A stretch of 64,000 nt of DNA from Acidimicrobiia bacterium (GCA_035253825.1 DATFBM010000044.1:3246-67245), one strand, 5' to 3'. Positions 42,901 through 50,363 are shown, counted from the stretch's first letter. Translations and numbers: made by a program. The notes: generated by a model from the letters alone, not told the origin.

Positions 42901-45330
42901 GGCGGGAATGACGCAGGCGGCCAACAGGAGGGCAAACGAAGCCGGCCCGTTCAGACTGCGACGCAGATTGTCGATCATCTTCAGGCGAGCGACGGCATCG
43001 AGGGCCCCTCTTCTTCCGAGGATCCAGGGCAGAAGTTGCCAGTCGCCCCTCACCCACCGATGCTGGCGCTGGATCGCCACTTCGTAGTGACTGGGAAACT
43101 CCTCGAAGACCTCGACGTTGGTAACCAGGCCGGCGCGGGCGAAGCTGCCCTCGAACAGGTCATGTGAGAGCAATGCGTTATCCGGCACCCTCCCGGCCAG
43201 GGACGCTTCGAAGGCATCGATGTCATAGATGCCCTTCCCGGCGTAGGAGCCCTCGGAGAAGAGGTCCTGGTAAACGTCACTCACCGCTGCTGCGTAGGGA
43301 TCGACCCCAGCCGGCGGTGAAAATGCCTGCTGATAGAAGGAGGTGCTCTCCGTACTGAGAAAGGGCGTCACCCTGGGCTGCAAAACCCCGTAACCATCTG
43401 TTACCCGTCCCAGGGCGGGTGAGAAAACCGGCTGATTGAGGGGATGGGCAATGGTGGCCACGAGCCGGGTGGCAGCTTCGGGAGGCAACCGAGAGTCAGC
43501 GTCGAGGGTGATGACGTAACGAACTCCTTGCGGGGGCACGGTCTCGGGCAAGAACGTGGTGTCGGTCGCCCCGCGCAACAAGCGATTGAGCTCGTGGAGT
43601 TTTCCTCGTTTTCTCTCCCAGCCCATGTGTTGACCCTCACTGGGGTTGAAGAGCCGGTGACGCTGAAAGAGATAGAAGCGAGGTTCACCTGCCAGCGGAT
43701 GCCGCTCATTGAGGCGGGCAATCCCCGACGCGGCCAAAGCGAAAAGCTCGTTGTCGGAAGCGTGGTCGGCGTTCTCGGAGTCGCGGTAGTCGGAGACAAG
43801 CGCAAATCGGAACTCACCCTCGGGATTGGCCAGGTAATGAACCTCAAGCCGGTCAACAAGTTCGTCGACCTGTCCGGCCCGAGTCAGCATTACCGGGATG
43901 GCCACCATGGTCTTCGATTCCGCATCGGGGCCTTCGGCCAGATCGAGCGCTGGGAGCATCCCCGGTCGAACGAAGCCGGTAACAAGTCGATTGACGACAC
44001 TGACAGCGAGGTCGGTGGCCGGGAAGAAGCCGATAAGGCCGACCAGCAAGGCCAGCCAAGCTCCTCCCGCCTCGAGCGTTCTGACGAATGGAACCGCCAG
44101 GAAAACCAGGGCCAGCGAAAGGATCGATCCCCAGTAGACCGCCGCTGCTGATCGCTTGAGGCCGCGGCGAAGATATTGCGTCCACGATGGCCGAAAGGCG
44201 ATGGCGGATTCCAGTTCCGGGCGGCCGCGGTCTAACAAGAAGAATCCGGGATCCGCCTCCCGGCTCCGGCGCGGGCGTTGACGAGCGAGATCCGACGCCG
44301 TGCGGGCGATCTCAAGCTGGGTGTGATGCGAGCCTTTTGAAAGCTCCTCGACCACGTGGCGATAGAGATCGCGAGTGGCAAAGCTCATGCTTTTGAAGGC
44401 GGTGCCCTCCGCGAAGGTGGCGTCGACCAGGCTCACCCTTTCGACGAATTCGGACCACTCGAACGAGGAGATCTGGCGAAGGCTGGTGACGACGTTGCGC
44501 ACGGTCACGTTTGTCGCCGCCTGCCGCTGCTGAGCTTCGGTGACGAGCTCGTCGGGGCTTTGGCCCAGACCGGCGAGATGGTCGAGCAGCCAGCTCAATC
44601 CAGCCGTGGTCTCCGGATCACGGTCGCGCAGCCGTTGCAGGAGCTGGACAGCCATCGCTCGTGGAATTCGTTCCATCCTGCCCAGCTGCCGGAGGCCATC
44701 CTCGGGAAAGCGCCCACCAACCTCAAGGAGAGAATCGGCAATCTGATCAGCTACCCGGCGCTGGCCCCTTGCCCGGATAATGATCTCGGCGAGCCGTCGC
44801 AGGTTCTCGATCATCACCAGGCGGATGGCGATTGGCATCGCCCAAAGCTCGCCGATGGTGAGAGGCTCTTCCTCCTGAAATGCAGCAACGAAGCGTTCGA
44901 GGGTTTGGGGCTCGAAGCGGCTGTCGTGATGGGCCACATAAGCCCATGCGATCTCGTAGATGCGTGGATAGCCGGCCAGATGGCCGTTCTCAACCTTTGG
45001 AAGTTCGCGGTAGTAAGAAGCCGGCAGGGTCTTGCGCACCGCTGCCAGCTGCGCTTCGACCAAGTGGAAGTTGTCCACCAGCCATTCCGCCGCGGGGGTG
45101 AGCATGCTCTCCTCGCGGATTGCCTGGGCGAGCTCTCGATAAGCAGCGAGGAGAACCTGACCGTTTTCCGTCAGGCGCCTCGAGATCAGGCGGAACCTTC
45201 CTGGCGCCGCGCTCAGCTCCTGGGTCTTGGCGAGGCTGCGGGCATGTTCTTCCAGCCTCTCGACGCTGAATAGCTCCGCACGGATCGGTTCTCCGGCCGG
45301 CTCGGCCGGCGATTCCCATGGCCAGCGCAC
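36931..45330 (-). CDS. cgs: cyclic beta-1,2-glucan synthase-like giant protein (Cgs/NdvB/ChvB architecture), 2799 aa
   Basis: The N-terminal region has LTIGELWAMPIAIRLVMIENLRRL. Next come TM helices and a GT domain (ITLDADSRLP ... QRQHRWVRGDWQ), further TM helices, and a central alpha-helical domain (NYLPPDNFQEEPAAIAHRTSPTNLGLYLLS). The C-terminal ~1300 aa is GH94-phosphorylase-like (SGAGFTW..NSRENQLTPWSNDPV, ISDDYLWLP, GSGDWNDG). Length and domain order match rhizobial/Brucella Cgs (about 2800-2870 aa, from memory). Confidence 0.85.
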   Translation of the reverse strand: MRWPWESPAEPAGEPIRAELFSVERLEEHARSLAKTQELSAAPGRFRLISRRLTENGQVLLAAYRELAQAIREESMLTPAAEWLVDNFHLVEAQLAAVRKTLPASYYRELPKVENGHLAGYPRIYEIAWAYVAHHDSRFEPQTLERFVAAFQEEEPLTIGELWAMPIAIRLVMIENLRRLAEIIIRARGQRRVADQIADSLLEVGGRFPEDGLRQLGRMERIPRAMAVQLLQRLRDRDPETTAGLSWLLDHLAGLGQSPDELVTEAQQRQAATNVTVRNVVTSLRQISSFEWSEFVERVSLVDATFAEGTAFKSMSFATRDLYRHVVEELSKGSHHTQLEIARTASDLARQRPRRSREADPGFFLLDRGRPELESAIAFRPSWTQYLRRGLKRSAAAVYWGSILSLALVFLAVPFVRTLEAGGAWLALLVGLIGFFPATDLAVSVVNRLVTGFVRPGMLPALDLAEGPDAESKTMVAIPVMLTRAGQVDELVDRLEVHYLANPEGEFRFALVSDYRDSENADHASDNELFALAASGIARLNERHPLAGEPRFYLFQRHRLFNPSEGQHMGWERKRGKLHELNRLLRGATDTTFLPETVPPQGVRYVITLDADSRLPPEAATRLVATIAHPLNQPVFSPALGRVTDGYGVLQPRVTPFLSTESTSFYQQAFSPPAGVDPYAAAVSDVYQDLFSEGSYAGKGIYDIDAFEASLAGRVPDNALLSHDLFEGSFARAGLVTNVEVFEEFPSHYEVAIQRQHRWVRGDWQLLPWILGRRGALDAVARLKMIDNLRRSLNGPASFALLLAACVIPAVPLWSPVILVIAALAFPAMLPLLERLVPRRTTTPGAIRFQRWLEDTGRVLGRIGLQISFLAYQALVMADAILTTLWRMLVSKRHLLRWMTSEEAERRFGLELAEFQKRMAPPALLGLAAIAAAALAKPVALWVATPLAAAWVAAPYLAHEASKTRRPAPTAPLEVSEVEAFRLLARKTWSYFERFVTAEDNYLPPDNFQEEPAAIAHRTSPTNLGLYLLSVLSAREFGWIGTVEAITRWEQTMAAMFRLERHGGHFLNWYDTRTLEPLHPRYISSVDSGNLAGHLLALSQGCLRLVGRPSDLALEVRDLALLIRQTADQMVDRLDTEFVSPRDLDQALIDLLAASESDSNRLVTVAAAADNVVDIVQTLGAGIETGELLEWATALQRLVDSHELDQDVSAEEIGTRLHSISAWAVEMATGMDFGFLMDQQNKLLSVGYRLSDGALDQSHYDLLASEARLASFIGIAKGDLPPSHWFLLNRSMTPVGADAALISWSGSMFEYLMPLLVMDSPTDSVLDMTYRAVVRRQIEYGRERGVPWGISEAAFAARDLQLTYQYSAFGVPGLGFERGLSEDLVVAPYASMLAAMIDPRRALQNLERLATMGALGRYGFYESVDFTPSRVPEDEEWVTVKAHMGHHQAMSIIALANVVFGGVIRQLFHTDPAVRAAELLLHERVPRDVEVARPRAEEVALAAHPRTEAEGAVRHLGLPNGAIPETHLLSNGRYSVMITDSGSGYSKLGGVAVTRWREDLTLDNYGTFIFIRDDLSDAIWSAGYQPIRVNPQSYQVEFSEGKAEISRRDGTLRSTLEVVVSAEDEVEVRRLTLTNLDNASREVEVTSYAELVLAPQSSDDSHPAFSNLFVQTEAVGSHDALLAHRRPRAAGDETYWAGQVVAIKGEVVGGLQFETDRARFLGRGRRIHEAAALDRPLSNSVGRVLDPVLSLRRRVRVPPGETVHLTFSTVMATSRAEALDLVDKFSDPGAFEQSLTGSWTQAQVRLHHLGVTPEQAHLFQQLAQRLIYVDPSMRAPSATLAAAIGGQPALWRHSISGDLPVVLLRIDQPEDRGIVRDLLRAQEYWRAKGLAADLVIINEKPGSYVADLHATIEEVVRTTGRGIGPEPDGGVFLFRGDLLDAADRKLLQATARAIVLSHHGTLADQLARRPRPPVAATSRRKAPPTPSPGGPQPRIDLEFRNGLGGFSEGASEYVVILGEGQWTPAPWINVIANDNAGFVISESGAGFTWAGNSRENQLTPWSNDPVSDPPGETIYIRDDETGELWGPTALPIRHHGSTYVVRHGPGFSEFDHTSFGIRSRLRMTVPLDDPVKISTLRLQNRSGRRRRLTLTAYVEWVLGPTRVGQRFHIFSERDTSTGALIARNPWNADFGSRVAFADFGAEVGPWTTDRTEFLGRHGSLERPAALERRRGLSGRSGTGFDPCAVLQRQVVIPPGDEIEVVFLLGQGTDAAHASALVEQYRSVPQAQVDEAVRTRWSDVLGALQVRTPDRSFDIMINQWLLYQAMACRVLGRSAFYQAGGAYGFRDQLQDVMALAVPMRETTRAHLLRAASRQFEEGDVQHWWHEPSGKGVRTRISDDYLWLPYAVGHYIEVTGDLDLLAEEVPYLTGPELEPDEDEAYFTPEISSRTGTMFDHCRRALDRARQRLGPNGLPLIGSGDWNDGFNRVGIEGRGESVWLGWFLDANLRRMAELADLVGKSRVALSWRRSAEQIRSHLEAVAWDGDWYLRAFFDDGTPLGSSANPECRIDSIAQSWSVMHGGGQPERAGRAMSAVEEYLVRRGDGLVLLFTPPFDRWDVDPGYIKGYLSGIRENGGQYTHAAIWAIIAFATLGQGDRAGELFGILNPINHASTRAGVHRYRVEPYVAAADIYSEAPHVGRGGWTWYTGAAGWMYRAGVESILGFRLRGQSLLIDPCIPRAWRGFEINFRYHSSQYEIRVENPEGATRGIKSLWLDEVEQPPDSEIGLTDDGQRHVARVILGE

Positions 45331-45337
45331 GAAACTC

Positions 45338-45343
45338 AGAATA
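45338..45343 (-). promoter_or_regulatory. candidate -10 hexamer (TATTCT) for a leaderless giant-gene transcript
   Basis: The minus strand reads TATTCT-GAGTTTC-GTG: 7 nt spacing to the GTG at 45330, with no SD. Confidence 0.35.
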
Positions 45344-45363
45344 AGGGGGCTACCGCCCGGTCC

Positions 45364-45369
45364 TAACGT
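45364..45369 (+). promoter_or_regulatory. candidate -10 hexamer (TAACGT) for a leaderless transcript of the 45376 gene
   Basis: The plus strand reads TAACGT-GGGTCG-ATG: 6 nt spacing, with no SD. It sits back-to-back with the hexamer at 45338..45343 inside a 45-nt divergent spacer. Confidence 0.35.
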
Positions 45370-45375
45370 GGGTCG

Positions 45376-45795
45376 ATGGACGCGGCCATCAAAGCGGCCC
45401 TAGATCGGGGCGGAATCGTCGACATCAGCACGGTCGGGGCCCGAACGGGGAAGAACAGGCGGATCGAGATCTATCTGCATCAATTCGATGGCCGCTACTA
45501 CATCACCGGACGGCCCGGGCGTCGACGAGACTGGCTCGCCAATCTCATCGCCAACCCGCATTTCACGGTGCACTTAAAACGCGGATTACTGGCGGACGTT
45601 CCTGCCGTGGCGGCGGAGATCACCGACCCGGTTGAGCGCGAGCGCGTTATCTACCGCGCCCGAACGGAGAGCTGGAACGCGAGCCCCGATGATGCCCGAA
45701 AGGACATGGACTTCTGGGTGAAGACGTCTCCGCTGGTCGTCCTGGAGCCGACCGGACTAGGCGATGCCCACCGCCCGGAGGCCGACTTCCAGTAA
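45376..45795 (+). CDS. deazaflavin (F420)-dependent nitroreductase/quinone-reductase family protein (DDN-like)
   Basis: 139 aa. STVGARTGKNRRIEIYLHQFDGRYYITGRPGRRRDWLANLIANPHFTVHL follows the pattern of the split-barrel DDN/PF04075 family as I remember it. Confidence 0.65.
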   Translation: MDAAIKAALDRGGIVDISTVGARTGKNRRIEIYLHQFDGRYYITGRPGRRRDWLANLIANPHFTVHLKRGLLADVPAVAAEITDPVERERVIYRARTESWNASPDDARKDMDFWVKTSPLVVLEPTGLGDAHRPEADFQ

Positions 45796-46785
45796 ATCGG
45801 AGCTGACCGCTTCCACCACCGGGGATCCCGGAGCTTTGAGGAGGACCATTCTGACTCCGGCGTTGGATCGCTTCTTGTCGCGAGCGATCAGCTCCAAGGC
45901 CGAGTCGAGGGAAACTCCCGCGGCCGCCACTGGCAGTCCGAGCCTGAAGATCGTCTCGATGAGTTGGCGATGGTCAAAGCCAAAGCGGGCGTTGGAAACG
46001 GTCGCCGCCGCCACCATCCCCACCGCCACCGCCAGGCCGTGGGGCATGGGAGCGAGGATCTCCACGGCATGCCCCACCGTGTGACCGAAATTGAGAATCG
46101 CCCGCCGATCGCTTTCGCGGAAGTCAGCCTCGACCGTGGCCGCCTTCACCTTTACCGCCCGCTCTACCACCTCGCCGAGCGACAGGTCCTGACCGCTCGA
46201 AGCCAACATTTCGACCAAGTATGGGTCGCCGACATATCCGGCCTTCAAGGCCTCCGCCAACCCTTCCAGGCGCAGGGAGGGCGGCAGCGTTTCCAGAAGG
46301 TCGAGGTTGATGAGGACTCGGCTGGGGAGGTGAAAGGAACCGATCAGGTTCTTGCCGGCGAAGTTGATTCCGGTCTTGCCCCCGATGGCCGCATCGACCG
46401 CCCCCAACAGAGTCGTTGGGTAAAAGACCGCTTCGATACCGCGAAGCCAGGTGGCGGCAACAAATCCGGCCAAGTCGGTGGCAGCCCCTCCGCCCACGGC
46501 GAGGATCGTGTCGTGACGGCCAAGGCCGAGTTCGGCCAGCCATTCGTAGACGCGGCTCACGACGATGAGTGATTTCGCCTCCTCCCGGTCGGGAAGCACA
46601 AACTGATCGGTGGCCCCGCTTCGGGCCGCGGCATCAGCAGCCGGCCGTGAGGCTCCAGGCGAGAGCAATACCACCGTTCGTTCCCGCGTCTCTCTCGGTG
46701 GCAAGAGGGGCTCGGGAAGTCCGTGGCCGATGATGATCTCTGAGGCCTGCTCGGCAACCGTGGGCGTGATCGTCAGTCGTGCCAC
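45757..46785 (-). CDS. aroB: 3-dehydroquinate synthase
   Basis: 342 aa: VGGGAATDLAGFVAATWLRGI, GGKTGINF, LNFGHTVGHAVE. Confidence 0.93.
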   Translation of the reverse strand: MARLTITPTVAEQASEIIIGHGLPEPLLPPRETRERTVVLLSPGASRPAADAAARSGATDQFVLPDREEAKSLIVVSRVYEWLAELGLGRHDTILAVGGGAATDLAGFVAATWLRGIEAVFYPTTLLGAVDAAIGGKTGINFAGKNLIGSFHLPSRVLINLDLLETLPPSLRLEGLAEALKAGYVGDPYLVEMLASSGQDLSLGEVVERAVKVKAATVEADFRESDRRAILNFGHTVGHAVEILAPMPHGLAVAVGMVAAATVSNARFGFDHRQLIETIFRLGLPVAAAGVSLDSALELIARDKKRSNAGVRMVLLKAPGSPVVEAVSSDLLEVGLRAVGIA

Positions 46786-47285
46786 AGCGCCTCCACCAGG
46801 TCGGCCGCTTCTACCGGAGACAGCAAGTCGGTGCTGATGGCGAAGTCGGCAGCGGCTCTATACGCCTCCTGGCGGTCGTTGAGAATTCCTCGGAGCGACG
46901 CTTCGACGTCGTCGTCGAAGATCAGGGGTCGATTGGTCCCCTTGCTCTCGGCGGCGATGCGAGCAGCCAGCGTCGCCGGCTCGGCCTGGAGCCAGAAGAT
47001 CAGCCCGGTGCGCCGCATCGTGTCCACGTTCTGAGATCGCAGCACTGCCCCTCCCCCGGTGGCCACCACGGCACCGGGATGGGACGAAACCAACGCCACC
47101 GCTTCAGATTCCCGGATTCTGAATCCTGCCTCGCCCTCGGTGGCGAAAAGCTCGGTGATATCGCGGCCGGAGGCCTCCATCACTACGTCGTCGGTATCGA
47201 TGAAGTTCCAGCCTTTGCGCTCGGCAATGATCTTTCCCAGGGTCGACTTGCCCGCCCCCATCATCCCAATCAGCCAGAGAGGCAT
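46773..47285 (-). CDS. aroK: shikimate kinase
   Basis: 170 aa: LIGMMGAGKSTLGKIIA P-loop, FIDTD, ATGGGAV. Confidence 0.93.
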   Translation of the reverse strand: MPLWLIGMMGAGKSTLGKIIAERKGWNFIDTDDVVMEASGRDITELFATEGEAGFRIRESEAVALVSSHPGAVVATGGGAVLRSQNVDTMRRTGLIFWLQAEPATLAARIAAESKGTNRPLIFDDDVEASLRGILNDRQEAYRAAADFAISTDLLSPVEAADLVEALWHD

Positions 47286-47288
47286 GGG

Positions 47289-48458
47289 TTAGAACGCGGC
47301 GAGGCGGGATTTGTGGCTAAGCGCCGCGGCGCGAAAGTCATCCACGGTGTCCCCCCCGAAAACTCGTTGGCATTCCTGCGCCAGGACGATCGCAACCATC
47401 TGCTCAGCGACGACTCCCGCCGCCGGTACAGCACAGGTGTCGGATCGCTCATAGAAGGCGCGTTCGGATTGGCGACTGACGACATCCACGGTCTCCAGCC
47501 CCTTCAGCACAGTCGAAATGGGCTTCATCGCCGCCCGCACTCTGAGCAGCCCCCCGACCGTCATTCCTCCCTCGGTACCGCCGGCGCGGTTGGTCCTGCG
47601 CTTGAATCCCTCGTCGTAATAGATCTCGTCATGGGCCTCGGTGCCGCGGCGGCGAGCGGTTTCCAGCCCATCCCCGATCTCGACTGCCTTGATGGCGTGT
47701 ATGGACATCAGGGCCCCGGCCAGCAAGCCATCGATTCGTCGGTCCCAATGGACATGACTACCAAGCCCGGCAGGGGTGTTGTAGGCCAGAACCTCGACCA
47801 CGCCCCCGACCGTATCGCGGTCGGCTCTGGCAGCTTCGATCTCACCGATCATGGCGGCGCCGGCTTCGGGGTTGAAACAGCGAACCTCCGAGGCGTCGAT
47901 TTGCTCCAGGTCCGACGGGATAGGCAGTGGCGACTTAGGGGCGGTCACCTTGCCGATTGCCACTACGTGGGAAAGGACTTCGACCTCGATGGTTCGGAGA
48001 AGCTGTTTGGCCAGGTAGCCCACCACGGTGCGGGCGGCGGTCTCGCGGGCTGAGGCTCGTTCGAGGATGTCGCGAGCGTCCCGACGGTCGTACTTCATCA
48101 TTCCCGCCAGATCGGCGTGTCCCGGTCGCGGGGCTGTCAGCTTCCGGCCGGTCTGGGTGTCCTCTTCGGGCTCCTCTTGCGGCTCGGGGCTCATGGCCCG
48201 CTGCCATCGGGGCCATTCGGTGTTGCGGATGATCACGGCCACCGGCGAGCCCAGAGTGGCGCCGTGTCGCACTCCGGCCAGAACCTCGAGCTCGTCCTTT
48301 TCAAGTTTCATGCGGGGACCGCGGCCGAACCCCAATCGCCGCCGCGCTAGTTCATGCTGGAGACCTTCGATGTCCACCTCGAGGCCAGCCGGCAGTCCCT
48401 CGATGGTGGCCACCAGGCCCGGGCCGTGTGATTCGCCAGCGGTCAGAAACCGGAGCAC
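47289..48458 (-). CDS. aroC: chorismate synthase
   Basis: 389 aa: MLRFLTAGESHGPGLVATIEG, RPGHADLAG, ERSDTCAVPAAGVV. Confidence 0.95.
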   Translation of the reverse strand: MLRFLTAGESHGPGLVATIEGLPAGLEVDIEGLQHELARRRLGFGRGPRMKLEKDELEVLAGVRHGATLGSPVAVIIRNTEWPRWQRAMSPEPQEEPEEDTQTGRKLTAPRPGHADLAGMMKYDRRDARDILERASARETAARTVVGYLAKQLLRTIEVEVLSHVVAIGKVTAPKSPLPIPSDLEQIDASEVRCFNPEAGAAMIGEIEAARADRDTVGGVVEVLAYNTPAGLGSHVHWDRRIDGLLAGALMSIHAIKAVEIGDGLETARRRGTEAHDEIYYDEGFKRRTNRAGGTEGGMTVGGLLRVRAAMKPISTVLKGLETVDVVSRQSERAFYERSDTCAVPAAGVVAEQMVAIVLAQECQRVFGGDTVDDFRAAALSHKSRLAAF

Positions 48459-48464
48459 CCGGCG

Positions 48465-48470
48465 ATGGTA
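48465..48470 (-). promoter_or_regulatory. candidate -10 hexamer (TACCAT) for a leaderless aroC-aroK-aroB transcript
   Basis: The minus strand reads TACCAT-CGCCGG-GTG: 6 nt spacing to the aroC GTG, with no SD. Confidence 0.4.
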
Positions 48471-48498
48471 GAGATACCGGGTCTTGGTGCCGGAAGGA

Positions 48499-49176
48499 TC
48501 AGCTCAAGATGAAGGGAGTGGAAATGATCGCTGTCCATGTTCCAAAGATGAGTGGAGGCCCGTAAGGAATGGCGGTCTTCCGGCTCCTGCCCATCGCCAG
48601 CAGGATCAGGGCCGGGATCCCTCCGAGGAGCGAGGTGATGAAAAGGGAGTAGGCGAGGGTGCGATAGGAATGGAAGCCGGCGAAGAAACCGAGCAGGAGC
48701 GCGAGCTTGACGTCACCAAATCCAAAACCCTCGCCCCGGGCTGCCAGATACACGAGAAGGAGGAGGGTGAAATAGCCGACCGCCCCGATGAAGGCCGGTC
48801 GCAACGACAGGGCTCGGCCTTCGATGATCGCCGCTCCCATCAGCAGCAGCATGGCGATGGTTCCCCCGGGGTAGAGGAGGCGATTGGGAATCCGGAAGTG
48901 GTCGAGGTCGGTGACCACCAGCATGGCGGTCAGTGAGACCATCACCAGATGGGCGGCCAGAACCGGGGTAAGCCCGAATGTGTTCGCCATCCCCCAGTAT
49001 GCGAGCCCGACCAGGAGCGACGTTCCGAGCTCCCGCCATCGCCAGCCTCGCACCATGGCTTGAAGCCGGCCACTCCCTGCTGCCGTTCTGAATGGGCGAT
49101 CGGCGCCGACCGCCACCGCCCAGCGATGGAGCACTGGGCCCTGGAGGAGTCCGAGCGCCGCGATCAGGAGAATCAC
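48499..49176 (-). CDS. A24-family prepilin (type IV leader) peptidase
   Basis: 225 aa and polytopic. Both catalytic Asp contexts are present (VVTDLDHFRIPN and GFGFGDVKLALLLG). No N-terminal methyltransferase/zinc region. Confidence 0.85.
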   Translation of the reverse strand: MILLIAALGLLQGPVLHRWAVAVGADRPFRTAAGSGRLQAMVRGWRWRELGTSLLVGLAYWGMANTFGLTPVLAAHLVMVSLTAMLVVTDLDHFRIPNRLLYPGGTIAMLLLMGAAIIEGRALSLRPAFIGAVGYFTLLLLVYLAARGEGFGFGDVKLALLLGFFAGFHSYRTLAYSLFITSLLGGIPALILLAMGRSRKTAIPYGPPLIFGTWTAIISTPFILS

Positions 49177-49216
49177 GGAGCGAGACCTTACGGTCGGAAG
49201 GGACTGGCGGTAGCGC

Positions 49217-50293
49217 TTAGTCGTCGAGACCGACGGAGGACATCCGACGCCGCTTGAGGAACCCGTGGGAGGGAACCTGGCTGGCCCCGCCCTGACCCTC
49301 GGGGTTCTCGTTCAGCTGGGAGAAGACCCGATCCAAGAAGGAGTCGGAGCCGGCGGGCGTCTCGTCTTCGCCTTCCTCGGAGTCGGCGGGAGTTTCGTCG
49401 GCGGCCGGCTCAGCCGGGACGGCCTCGGCCCACCAGCTGCGATTGAAGTCGGCTTCCTTGGGCTCGGGCCGGGCGGGTTCGGGCTCGGCCTCGCTGTAGG
49501 AAGGCTGATACGAGGGTTCCGGTTCGACCGGCTCTGACGGCGGTTCGGAGGGCTCGGAGGGCATCGAGGTCTCATAGCCGGCGTAGGAATAGCTGCGACC
49601 CGGGGGGGCGGTGGCAGGCTCGGGAGCGCGCACCGCCTCGACCAGTCCCGCCCGAACGAGGGCGGCCAGGTCCTTGGCGGTTCGGAAGCGACTGGCACCC
49701 AGGCGGTCGGCGAGGGCACGAATGGATGAGGTGCCATCGAAATTGGCAACCAGCTTCCAGGTGTTGGGGGCGAGGGTGACGGGTTCGTTGTTGGGTGCCT
49801 CACCGACGATTCGGACGCTTTCGTCGATCGTGGGGATCACCGACTCGATGTCGGCCCACTCCACTGCTCGCCGGTCGGCTTCGGAAATGCACATCTCGAC
49901 GTCGAAGGCCTGCTCGCTGCGGTAGCGAGGAGCCACGTCCACGTTGAATACAAACTGGCCCCGGCCGGGCTTGCGGATGCGATAGAGGCTCTCGATCACT
50001 TCTTCCCGGAAGAAGTCGGAGAGTCCGGAGGGAGCGGTTGAATCCGACAGCGAACGGCCACCCACCTCGGCCGCCCGGACGGCGTCCTCACTGACCACCT
50101 TGGAGTTGATGAGCTGACGGCGAAGATCTTCGTCGCTGCCAATGGTGGCAAACGTCACCGATCCGCCGTTTAGGAAAACGCGACCGTGGAGGTCGGGAGC
50201 GTCAACTCGCAAGCAGCCGCTCTTGTAGGAACGCGCTAGCAAGCGGAGAACTTCCTCCAAGGGGAAAACATCAATGTGCCCAGTCAACGACAT
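49217..50293 (-). CDS. DUF4388 (PATAN-like) domain protein with acidic Pro/Glu-rich C-terminal tail
   Basis: The N-terminus GHIDVFPLEEVLRLLARSYKSGCLRVD....VFLNGGSVTFA is the DUF4388 pattern. The tail is low-complexity: PSEPSEPPSEPVEPEPSYQPSYSEAEPEPARPEPKE. ATG start with GAAGGAAGG upstream. Confidence 0.7.
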   Translation of the reverse strand: MSLTGHIDVFPLEEVLRLLARSYKSGCLRVDAPDLHGRVFLNGGSVTFATIGSDEDLRRQLINSKVVSEDAVRAAEVGGRSLSDSTAPSGLSDFFREEVIESLYRIRKPGRGQFVFNVDVAPRYRSEQAFDVEMCISEADRRAVEWADIESVIPTIDESVRIVGEAPNNEPVTLAPNTWKLVANFDGTSSIRALADRLGASRFRTAKDLAALVRAGLVEAVRAPEPATAPPGRSYSYAGYETSMPSEPSEPPSEPVEPEPSYQPSYSEAEPEPARPEPKEADFNRSWWAEAVPAEPAADETPADSEEGEDETPAGSDSFLDRVFSQLNENPEGQGGASQVPSHGFLKRRRMSSVGLDD

Positions 50294-50363
50294 TTCGCCA
50301 AACCTTCCTTCGCGGCGTTTTTCCAGTATTCGCCACTGAATTCGGCCCCCAGAACCGATTGCT

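Noticed and set aside
36125-45795. The giant-gene island, and the inserts at 3674..7012 and 21055..26373, considered as mobile genomic islands.
   Set aside because: There is no integrase, transposase, flanking tRNA or direct repeats. By eye there is no obvious compositional break from the surrounding core genes. They may be old lineage-specific insertions, but mobility cannot be supported.
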